A stretch of DNA of 64,000 nt from Gemmatimonadales bacterium (GTDB taxonomy: Bacteria > Krumholzibacteriota > Krumholzibacteriia > LZORAL124-64-63): the NCBI GenBank assembly GCA_019038745.1, contig JAHOYV010000046.1, positions 32,431 to 96,430 of the forward strand, read 5' to 3'. The notes under the pieces were generated by a model. The model made no database searches. It worked only from the letters and a program-made list of their open reading frames with translations, and was not told where the DNA came from. Positions 18,542 to 26,618 of this stretch are shown here, piece by piece (within the stretch, counting starts at the first letter, position 1; each line of letters starts with the position of its first letter). A program made the position numbers and the translations under genes.

Positions 18542-18949
18542 GTGAACAACAATTACAAAATCAAGGGTCTCCTTTTGGGGTTTACCCTGATTCTGTGCGG
18601 GGCTACGGCCAGCGCAGCAATTGAAGACCAGGCTGTAATCGACGGCGGGATCAATCTGGAGGCAATGGTAGCCAAACATGTCGTCGTTTCGGTTACGAAC
18701 ATCGAAGTTAATCCCGACGGCACCGTAATCAACGGCCAGGTCAAGCGGCACCGTTTCGGGCCTCGTGGCCCGCTTGATGGAACAGTGGCGTTGGATGTTG
18801 TTTCTGCGGACGGTGAAGTTCTACAGCGCGTTTCCGGCAATATTTCCCCGAAGTTCGTCCCCAAGGGAATCCGGACTTCGACCTTCAGCATCACAATTCC
18901 CAAGAACTATCCGTTGGACGCCGCGTTCAAGCTTAGTTTTGTCGAGTAA
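18542..18949 (+). CDS. Small exported hypothetical protein (Ig-like beta-sandwich?)
   Basis: Probable GTG start after AAGGA; signal peptide ending ASA; beta-rich mature part. Confidence 0.6.
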   Translation: MNNNYKIKGLLLGFTLILCGATASAAIEDQAVIDGGINLEAMVAKHVVVSVTNIEVNPDGTVINGQVKRHRFGPRGPLDGTVALDVVSADGEVLQRVSGNISPKFVPKGIRTSTFSITIPKNYPLDAAFKLSFVE

Positions 18950-18968
18950 AACGCTACGTTCCAGAATA

Positions 18969-19006
18969 AAAAATTGGCGGCCTCCTCATGGTGACCGCCA
19001 ATTTTT
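18969..19006. terminator. Bidirectional intrinsic terminator
   Basis: AAAAATTGGCGG...CCGCCAATTTTT between convergent genes. Confidence 0.75.
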
Positions 19007-19025
19007 CTAGAACTGAACCAGGGTC

Positions 19026-20195
19026 CTACTCGACACCCGGCCCAAAGCTGGCATGACGCTCCCACTTGCGGTCGTCGTCGTGACAGTTGTCACAGGTCGT
19101 ATGCTGTCCATACCCCTCGGAGTGGCAGTCCGAGCAATCTGAATCCAGATGCACCTCGTCCAGCACAACACCCGTCACATTGTGGTTGAAGTGTTTCTCG
19201 TCGAAACCATCGAAGTGACAGGTCTCGCAACGAGGATCATTGGCCTGGTACTTGCCCGGGTCATGGTGGCAGTCATTGCACTGCAGCACCTTGTGATAGG
19301 CCTCCAGTGGCCAACCGATATCCGCGTGATCAAACAGATCATTGGAATTCCGACCGTGGCACTCCTTGCACCCTTTTTCCTCGTCATGGCACTGATAACA
19401 AGTGTCATGCAAGTCGATGTCCTCGATCAGCCCCAGGGGATGAGAATCTGAGCCATGTACGTGGCAGCTGGCACAGGTCTCATTCTGGTGGCAGACACTG
19501 CAATCACGGTTGTACTGTTCAACGTGGTTATGGTGATGGAAAGGAACGACGCCTCCCTCTTCATAACTGGTTTCAAACAGGATCAGATCCTTAACTATCA
19601 GCGGGGCCTGGTGAATCAGATCGGGCAGAGCATCGATCTCGGCCTTTGACATGCCACCTTCCTTTTTACGGTGACACCACTCGCAATGAGTTTCGGTGTC
19701 CCACTCGGAGTGGCAGTTGAGACATTGGCGATGGTAAGCAGCCTTCAAACTGGGTTGAATCTTGCTTTTTACGCCTTCGGGGGCATGACATTCCTTGCAG
19801 GCGGGATGCCCTGCCGTAGCCGGTGCGAAGTGGTGGCAGTTCACGCAACCGCCCCCCATCTCGGACATCTGGGCATGCTTCTCGTGGCTGAAGTACACCG
19901 GGTCGTAGACCTTCTCCAGTTCATCCAGAACCATAACTTTTTCCTGGGGCAAGCCCGATTCACCCTTCTTCACCTTGCTTCTGATGCAGAAATTCTTGCT
20001 CAGACAAAGATCGGAATGGGTGGGAAACTCGCAGGTATGACAAAGCGAGCAGGCCAGATTTTCTCCTGCCTCCGGGACATAATCCTCGAAGGCCAAGAGA
20101 GGGGAGGCCGCAAAAATCAAGACCCCTCCCATAATCAGGGCCAAGGCCCTCCCGGCAGAGCGCCGGCCAAATCCGTGAATACTTCCAGTCCGCAT
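19026..20195 (-). CDS. 13-heme cytochrome c3-family protein (paralog of 15936-17123)
   Basis: Signal peptide; 13 CXXCH colinear with the other copy (FSHEKH, LKAAYHRQCLNCH, FNHNVTGVVLDEVH). Confidence 0.92.
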   Translation of the reverse strand: MRTGSIHGFGRRSAGRALALIMGGVLIFAASPLLAFEDYVPEAGENLACSLCHTCEFPTHSDLCLSKNFCIRSKVKKGESGLPQEKVMVLDELEKVYDPVYFSHEKHAQMSEMGGGCVNCHHFAPATAGHPACKECHAPEGVKSKIQPSLKAAYHRQCLNCHSEWDTETHCEWCHRKKEGGMSKAEIDALPDLIHQAPLIVKDLILFETSYEEGGVVPFHHHNHVEQYNRDCSVCHQNETCASCHVHGSDSHPLGLIEDIDLHDTCYQCHDEEKGCKECHGRNSNDLFDHADIGWPLEAYHKVLQCNDCHHDPGKYQANDPRCETCHFDGFDEKHFNHNVTGVVLDEVHLDSDCSDCHSEGYGQHTTCDNCHDDDRKWERHASFGPGVE

Positions 20196-20197
20196 GG

Positions 20198-20344
20198 TTA
20201 ATCCTTTCCGGCGGTTTTCTTACCGTTCTTCTTGGGAGCCCCGATAGCTTTCGAGAACACCACAAACGAAATGAAGTAGAGCAGGACTACTATGTATTCC
20301 AGGCCCTTCGTTGCGAAAATATCCAGGTACGTGTATTCAGCCAT
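20198..20344 (-). CDS. HmcD-like small membrane protein (48 aa), absent from ORF track
   Basis: Manual translation MAEYTYLDIFATKGLEYIVVLLYFISFVVFSKAIGAPKKNGKKTAGKD; TKGxEY plus single TM helix; AAAGGT RBS; stop 2 nt before the cytochrome start. Confidence 0.8.
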   Translation of the reverse strand: MAEYTYLDIFATKGLEYIVVLLYFISFVVFSKAIGAPKKNGKKTAGKD

Positions 20345-20400
20345 GATGGCACCTTTCCCGGGCACGGCCCCTTCGAACAGGGACCGGCCGATCTTCCGAT

Positions 20401-21639
20401 CTAGTTGTCGTCCATGTCTGCGGCCCAGGCCGGCGGATCACTCAGTACAGGCATCCGCATGACGACCCAACGCACAGCCCACAGTTCCAGCAAAACAACG
20501 GTCACGGTCACCCAAATCTCTGCCCAGTGGGGAATGTAAGGAGTCGGATCAAACCAGTTGAAGGCGATTACGGAAATATTCAACCGGTTCAAAAGAATTC
20601 CGATCAGGGTCAATCCCGCAGCCACCTTGATCAACTGGACGTTACCCTCCCGAACAGCCTTGAAGTACAAGACCAAGGGGACGAGAACGAATCCTACCAC
20701 CTCAAGCAGGAACCATAAGCCCCACTTGGTACCCAGCAGACTGAACTGCTGACCGTGAATAACCACCAGAACCTTCAGGAACAGATAAACGAACATCGCC
20801 CCGGCGCAGATCCGGCCCAAGCCGATTACAATGTCGTCCTGATTGGCATGTTGTTCGTGACCCAGACGAGCCGCGAAAACCTTATGACTGATCGATCCCT
20901 CGAAGATCACCATGGAGAGGCCCGAGAAAATACTGGAGACGAAGAACAGGACCGGAATAAACTCCGTGTACCACAGCGGATGAATCTTGCTCTCGGCCAT
21001 CAGGAAAAGAGCACCCAAACCCGACTGGTGCAGGGTCGACAGGGTAATACCGAAGATCACTGAAGCGATGGTCAGACCGCCTACAATCTTCCGCAGCCTC
21101 TTCATCCCCAACCACTCGGCAATTGCAGGCGAGAACTCAATGAACTCGGCAGCCATGTAGAGCAGGAAGTGCCAGGCCACCAGGAAAAGCACCGAACTGA
21201 CCCCGAAGTTGTTGCCGATGATCGGGTTGATGATTTTCCAGGGACGACCAAGATCCAGCATCAAGGCTCCGGCATAGAACATGTAGGCCAGGAACCCGTT
21301 GAGAACCACGGCCCGAACGATGGCGTGATAACGATGCCGTCCCATGATGTAGACGATGAAAGTCAGCGTGTAGGCTCCGCCTGCAAACGCTACCCCGCAC
21401 ACCACGTCAAAACCGATCCAGATACCCCACGGCGTCTGCTGATCAAGATTCGTGATGGCCCCGATCCCATTGACGAAGCGCAGGACGATCAGCCCCATGC
21501 CCACCAGGATTACGGGAATGGATATCATGTTGAAGGGAGTAAGAATTTTCCCCTTCGGCTTCATCTCGCTTAGGAGGAAGCGAACGAAATCCCCGATGCT
21601 CCCGATATTGGGCTTCGCGGTTTCCTGAATTTTGTTCAT
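20401..21639 (-). CDS. NrfD/HmcC-family membrane subunit
   Basis: LTPFN..GAITNLDQQTPWGIWIGFDVVCGVAFAGG, LDLGRPW, LHQSGLG; multiple TM helices. Confidence 0.9.
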   Translation of the reverse strand: MNKIQETAKPNIGSIGDFVRFLLSEMKPKGKILTPFNMISIPVILVGMGLIVLRFVNGIGAITNLDQQTPWGIWIGFDVVCGVAFAGGAYTLTFIVYIMGRHRYHAIVRAVVLNGFLAYMFYAGALMLDLGRPWKIINPIIGNNFGVSSVLFLVAWHFLLYMAAEFIEFSPAIAEWLGMKRLRKIVGGLTIASVIFGITLSTLHQSGLGALFLMAESKIHPLWYTEFIPVLFFVSSIFSGLSMVIFEGSISHKVFAARLGHEQHANQDDIVIGLGRICAGAMFVYLFLKVLVVIHGQQFSLLGTKWGLWFLLEVVGFVLVPLVLYFKAVREGNVQLIKVAAGLTLIGILLNRLNISVIAFNWFDPTPYIPHWAEIWVTVTVVLLELWAVRWVVMRMPVLSDPPAWAADMDDN

Positions 21640-22547
21640 GATTCCTCCCCGGGACCACGGCCCGTTTCAACCGACGCCACATCATTATGAGTCTTGTCGG
21701 TATGCTCATCGTCCTCGTTGGTCTTGATGTACCGCATCCCGTTCAAAAAGGCCGGCCAGAGCAGAAACACGACTGGAACCGAGTAAAGAAAATTCTGCGT
21801 CAAGGCGGGAACCGATTCACGTCCCAGGTCGGTGCGGAAACCGAGCTGATCGAAAGGGACCCCAGAGAGGTACATCCAACCCGTTCCTCCGACTTCTTCC
21901 TGCCCGTAGATATGATCGATGTACTGGCCGGGATATTCGAAGGTCCGGTTTTGGGCGACCCGCTCCATATCCCGACGGAAACCGAATTCCAAAGCATCCA
22001 CCGGACAAGCATCGACACAAGCGGGCTTTTCTCCCTCGATCACCCGGTCGTAGCAGAGGATACACTTCTGGATTTTTGGATTCGCGCTGTAGTATTCAAA
22101 ACGTGGGACGACAAAGGGGCAGGACACCATACAGAAACGGCACCCCATGCACTTGCCCTCACGCCAGATAACCGGTCCCTCTTCGGTCTTGTACATGGCC
22201 TGGGTCAAACACGCAGTGGAACAGGCGGCCTGATTACAGTGCATACACTGTTTCTTGACGAAGACCTCTCCGGCGTCGGTATCGTACTTGTTGACGACCG
22301 TCCATTGGTCGGTCGTCATGTCCCGCTCCTCTTTGAACACATCGCGGGTAGTTTTCGGAATCGGCAAATCGTTCTGCGTGGCGCAGGCCACTTCGCAGTT
22401 CCGACAACCGATACACCGGGTCGTGTCCACCAACACCGACATGAACTCAGTCTCTGCCGGCTTACCTGACGCCTCCGCCAAAGATGGCAATGCAGCCGAA
22501 GTGACTCCGGCCACACACAGGTTCTTTATGAAATTCCGTCTGTCCAT
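21636..22547 (-). CDS. Tat-exported 4Fe-4S subunit (HybA/HmcB family)
   Basis: MDRRNFIK Tat motif; CIGCRNCEVAC, CMHCNQAACSTAC, CMGCRFCMVSCP, KCILC..PACVDACP; C-terminal TM. Confidence 0.9.
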   Translation of the reverse strand: MDRRNFIKNLCVAGVTSAALPSLAEASGKPAETEFMSVLVDTTRCIGCRNCEVACATQNDLPIPKTTRDVFKEERDMTTDQWTVVNKYDTDAGEVFVKKQCMHCNQAACSTACLTQAMYKTEEGPVIWREGKCMGCRFCMVSCPFVVPRFEYYSANPKIQKCILCYDRVIEGEKPACVDACPVDALEFGFRRDMERVAQNRTFEYPGQYIDHIYGQEEVGGTGWMYLSGVPFDQLGFRTDLGRESVPALTQNFLYSVPVVFLLWPAFLNGMRYIKTNEDDEHTDKTHNDVASVETGRGPGEES

Positions 22548-22588
22548 CCTCAAACCTTTCCGATCAAGGGGAATCGACTGAAACCACC

Positions 22589-22942
22589 CTAGTCATCGGT
22601 GATGATCTCCAGGGGATTGATCTCCAGAGCGAGCTCTCCCCTCCTCTTCATACCGTCAATCAGAACCGTGCGGATCAATTGGCAAGCTTCGACAATTCTC
22701 TTGTCGGCGGGCTTGTAAAACACCTTAGTTCCCTCCTGGCGGGAAGTCACTAAGTGTTTGTTCTTCATCACACTCAAGTGCCTGCTTACCGTGGAAAGCG
22801 GAACTTCGAGGCACTCCGAAAGCTCGGTAACGCTCATTTCACGCCGGTCCAAACACGCCATAATGGCCAGTCGTTTGGAACTGGCCAAGGCGCGACAATA
22901 TGACGCGTGAATTTCAAATATTTCATAGTTCTGAACTTTCAT
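22589..22942 (-). CDS. ArsR/SmtB-family transcriptional regulator
   Basis: RALASSKRLAIM..EMSVTEL..STVSRHL..LVTSRQEGTKVFY; start set at ATG 22942 from promoter position. Confidence 0.9.
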   Translation of the reverse strand: MKVQNYEIFEIHASYCRALASSKRLAIMACLDRREMSVTELSECLEVPLSTVSRHLSVMKNKHLVTSRQEGTKVFYKPADKRIVEACQLIRTVLIDGMKRRGELALEINPLEIITDD

Positions 22943-22978
22943 GTTTTCGAAAGTAGGTAACTTCCAAGGAGCTGTCAA
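22935..22978 (-). promoter_or_regulatory. sigma70 promoter of arsR operon with overlapping inverted repeat (leaderless)
   Basis: Minus strand TTGACA (22978-22973), 17 nt, TACTTT (22955-22950), 7 nt, ATG; ACTTTC-N8-GAAAGT at 22935-22954. Confidence 0.7.
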
Positions 22979-23138
22979 AAAATAATCCCTGCCACCTATT
23001 TGGCGTAAATCAGAGTAAATTTGTGGAATTTCAGGTGGAAAAACCGCCATGTAATTGGGATTGGTAGCGGCACCGGATCAGTGAGTTAACGCATGTTAAC
23101 TTTTTCAACATTACTTATTTCAACAGGTTACACCAATA

Positions 23139-25871
23139 TTAAAACTCCATTACTTCGACCTTGCCTAAATTCAGGCCAACCAAATCCTGCTTCATTTCCT
23201 CCCAATCCCCAACAATAATCCAGACCACTTTATTGACATCAAGTCCACTCTTGGCCAATTTCTCCATTTTTGCGGAATCGCTGGAAGAAATCAGGTCTCG
23301 GGCGGTCTGCCAGTCATCCAACGGCATCCCGCAGGCCAATATCCGATCCAGGCTGGTCGCTATCCTTTCCAGAGTTTCGAACTGCCGGGGAAAGCCATCA
23401 ATCATGGCGGTCCGGGTATTCTCCAATTCCTCTCCCCCCAGAAGCCGGGTGGATCCAATTTCCTCCATCTCCCGCCATAATTCAGCCAGTGATTCGGCCG
23501 TGTGTTCCAGCTGAACGGAAGCTTCAACCAGAAAAATTCCCGCCTCCCGGAAACTCACCAACCGGGATTTGGCACCATAGGAATAGCCCTTTTCCGAGCG
23601 GAGATTACGATTGATCCTGCTGGAAAAATTCCCGCCAAAAGCCTGATTCAAAAGCTGAAAAGCCCTCCGATCAGGATGGGCGCGGTGCAACCCCGTGAAA
23701 CCACCGACGATCAGACTTTGGGGAGAACCCGGGCGATCCAAGACCACGATCCTGCAGTCTGCTGTCGGCAAAATTTCCGGAAGGGGGAGTACGATCGAGG
23801 CACTACCGCGCCAGGATCCGAAAGTCTTTTGAAGGGCGGATCTGGCCTCTTCCAGGGTGATATCTCCAACGAAAACCACGGCCGCGTTGTCCGGTCGATA
23901 CCAGAGGTCGTGGAATTCCAGCAAATCCTCGACCCCCAATCTGGCCAAGGCATCCTCGGTGCCGCTTCCAGTGAAAGGCTGGGCATACGGATGTCCGGAC
24001 CCGAAAATACGGGTCTGCAATTCCTTGACGGCACGGTCGCGGGGCCGGACGGCTTCCATTTTCAGTCGCCCCTGGTAATCCTGCCGGATCCGCTGAAATT
24101 CCTCCCGGCGAAAATCAGCCTTCATGACGAGGTCTCCCACCAGGTCGATCCCCTTCGCCAGATTCCCCTTCGGTATGTTCAGACGGAGCAGCGACGCATC
24201 GAAATTGCTGCTGCTCTTCAAGCGGGCCCCCATTCGATCCAGTTCTGTCGTAATTTGCCCGGCACTCCGCTTTAGCATTCCCTCGGTTAGCATCTCGGCA
24301 GTCATCGAACAGGTGCCGGGCTTATCCGGGGTGTCCGCCGACCAACCGCTCAAAATATTAAAATGTACCTCCACCAAGGGCAGATTATGCCGCTCCACTA
24401 CGAAGAGTCTTAAACCGTTTTCCAGGGTTGCTGTCTGGATCTGTGGGGGGAAGAACGGGTCCTGCCCCGATGAGGTCGGTTGAACAGAACGATCGGGAGC
24501 GGAATCGCCGGCAACCAGTGACCCCCTGGGCACGATGTGCAGAACCGCTCTTTGATCAAAGCCCAGATAATCCCGGGCCACTTCATGCGCGGATTTGGCC
24601 GTGACTTCTCGAAAACGCCGAAAATCCGAGGCCAGAAATCCAGGATCCCCCAGAAACACGTTGTAATGGTTCAGGAGACTGGCCCGCCCCCCGAATCCAC
24701 CGATCCGCTCCAGTCGGCGCAGTAAATCAGCCTCCAGCATGTTGGCGGCGATCTTCACTTCATCATCCGAAACACCGTCATCCATAAGACGACGAAGTTC
24801 GCCATCCAGAATTCCTTCAACCTCGGCCAAATTCCGGCCGGGCGCCACGGTGACCTCGATCTCAAAGGTGCTGCCCAATTCACGGGACCGTTGCCGCACG
24901 CGCACATCCTGGGCGAATCCCTCGTCGTTGATCAAAACCTGCCGCAACCGCGAGGACTTCCGCCCACCGAGGATATTGGCCAATACGTCGAACTCGGCGT
25001 CCAGCGGACGAAACCGGGCGGGAGTGTGCCAGGACATTATCAGACGCGGCAGCTCCACCGCATCCTCAGCCATGGCCCGGCGTTCGGACGAAAGGACCGG
25101 CACCCAGGAAGTCAATTTCTCCCGGGGTGGCCCCGGCGGCAAACCTCCGAAGTATTCCTCTATCCAACCCCGAGCCTGCTCAAGGTCGAAATTTCCCGCT
25201 ACACAGAGCGAAGCATTGTTGGGCACGTAGAATTTTTCGAAAAAATCCGCTACATCCTTCCGCGTAGCGAGGATCAATTCGGAAGGCACGCCGCCAACGA
25301 CCCAGGAATAGGGGTGCTCGGGAGGAAACAAAAGTTTCAATAGAAGTTCATCCTGGCGGGCGTAGGGCTTGTTCGCCTTCTGAAGCAGTTCGTTCTGCAC
25401 GACCGCGAGTTGGTTGTCCAGTTTCTCCTGGGTCATGGCCTCCAGCAGGAACCCCATGCGGTCGGCTTCCAGCCAAAGCGCCAATTCGAGTTGGTCCGGT
25501 GGAAGCAATTCCCAATAAACGGTTCGGTCCTTGTCCGTCATTCCGTTGGCGTGAGCCCCGATGCCCTGCAACGTCAGGAGGGTATCCTTGTCGTGATGCG
25601 CGGACCCCTTGAACATCATGTGTTCGAAAAGATGGGCAAGACCCCGCAGGCCCGGCCGCTCGTTCCTGGACCCGACATGGTACCAGATGTTGACCGCCAC
25701 GTTGGGCAGGGATTCATCCCGATGCAGGATGACCTGCAACCCGTTGGTCAGTTCGTATTTCTCGAACGACAATTCAGGAAGATCCGTCTTTTCGTCAGCC
25801 CCGAAGGATCCGGAAAATGCCAATAGGCTGACGACCAGCATCATTGGAACAACTCGGACAATACTATTCAC
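23139..25871 (-). CDS. M16 (pitrilysin/insulinase) family zinc peptidase, exported
   Basis: Signal peptide; inverted zinc motif HLFEH; two-half architecture (LTNGLQV / LENGLRL; RSEKGYSYG). Confidence 0.93.
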   Translation of the reverse strand: MNSIVRVVPMMLVVSLLAFSGSFGADEKTDLPELSFEKYELTNGLQVILHRDESLPNVAVNIWYHVGSRNERPGLRGLAHLFEHMMFKGSAHHDKDTLLTLQGIGAHANGMTDKDRTVYWELLPPDQLELALWLEADRMGFLLEAMTQEKLDNQLAVVQNELLQKANKPYARQDELLLKLLFPPEHPYSWVVGGVPSELILATRKDVADFFEKFYVPNNASLCVAGNFDLEQARGWIEEYFGGLPPGPPREKLTSWVPVLSSERRAMAEDAVELPRLIMSWHTPARFRPLDAEFDVLANILGGRKSSRLRQVLINDEGFAQDVRVRQRSRELGSTFEIEVTVAPGRNLAEVEGILDGELRRLMDDGVSDDEVKIAANMLEADLLRRLERIGGFGGRASLLNHYNVFLGDPGFLASDFRRFREVTAKSAHEVARDYLGFDQRAVLHIVPRGSLVAGDSAPDRSVQPTSSGQDPFFPPQIQTATLENGLRLFVVERHNLPLVEVHFNILSGWSADTPDKPGTCSMTAEMLTEGMLKRSAGQITTELDRMGARLKSSSNFDASLLRLNIPKGNLAKGIDLVGDLVMKADFRREEFQRIRQDYQGRLKMEAVRPRDRAVKELQTRIFGSGHPYAQPFTGSGTEDALARLGVEDLLEFHDLWYRPDNAAVVFVGDITLEEARSALQKTFGSWRGSASIVLPLPEILPTADCRIVVLDRPGSPQSLIVGGFTGLHRAHPDRRAFQLLNQAFGGNFSSRINRNLRSEKGYSYGAKSRLVSFREAGIFLVEASVQLEHTAESLAELWREMEEIGSTRLLGGEELENTRTAMIDGFPRQFETLERIATSLDRILACGMPLDDWQTARDLISSSDSAKMEKLAKSGLDVNKVVWIIVGDWEEMKQDLVGLNLGKVEVMEF

Positions 25872-26057
25872 GGTTTTCCTCCAAGAGGCGCAGAGTCGAC
25901 AAGGCGTACATGGCCCGGTCGATGGTTATCCGACAGTCTCCTAGGCAATAAGGCATTTCGATCCCGCAGTCAATGACGCTGGATAATTACACCCTGTTTC
26001 TGGTATGATACCCGATATTGGGCTTTTGCTACCCTGAATTTCATCGGAGGTTTCCCG

Positions 26058-26618
26058 GTGATACGTTACGCTTTGTTAAGAACGGTCTTGGACCCATTGC
26101 TGGCCGTCGCCGGCCCCGAGGGCTTGGTCCGTCTGGATTTCCTGCCCCGAGCCTGGGAATACCACACCCTCGCCCATGCCATCGCCCGTGACTCCTTCCC
26201 ACCCCCCGCGGCCGGTCCCCTGGAAATCAATGAACACCCGGACGCCTTTGCCGGCTTGTTGGATCAACTGGCCGAGTACTTCACCGGCCGCCGAGACCAA
26301 TTCGACATCCCCCTGGATCTGCGGGGCACTCCTTTCCAAATGCGTGTCTGGAAACAGCTGCGGAAAATTCCCTACGGAAAGCTTCGCACCTACGGTCAGA
26401 TCGCCAAAACCCTGCGCAAACCCCAGGCAACGCGGGCGGTGGGCCAAGCAGCCGGACGCAACCCCCTGCCCATTCTTATCCCCTGTCACCGGGTAGTCGG
26501 CAAGGGAGGATCATTGGTCGGTTTCGCGGGAGGAATCACCACCAAGGCCCGGCTCCTGAGATTGGAAGGCCACATGCTCGGCGACAAGGCCAAGATCGAG
26601 GAGCCGCGACTGTTCTAA
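26058..26618 (+). CDS. ogt: Methylated-DNA--protein-cysteine methyltransferase
   Basis: GTPFQMRVW, IPYG, RAVG, PCHRV active-site motif. Confidence 0.93.
   Translation: MIRYALLRTVLDPLLAVAGPEGLVRLDFLPRAWEYHTLAHAIARDSFPPPAAGPLEINEHPDAFAGLLDQLAEYFTGRRDQFDIPLDLRGTPFQMRVWKQLRKIPYGKLRTYGQIAKTLRKPQATRAVGQAAGRNPLPILIPCHRVVGKGGSLVGFAGGITTKARLLRLEGHMLGDKAKIEEPRLF

Noticed and set aside
22943-23050. N-terminal extension of ArsR in the ORF track (and similar upstream extensions of prkA, NHL, barrel, 12-heme cytochrome, guaA, rocD, M28)
   Set aside because: They overlap promoters or upstream genes; downstream starts have RBS, gene overlaps or signal peptides.
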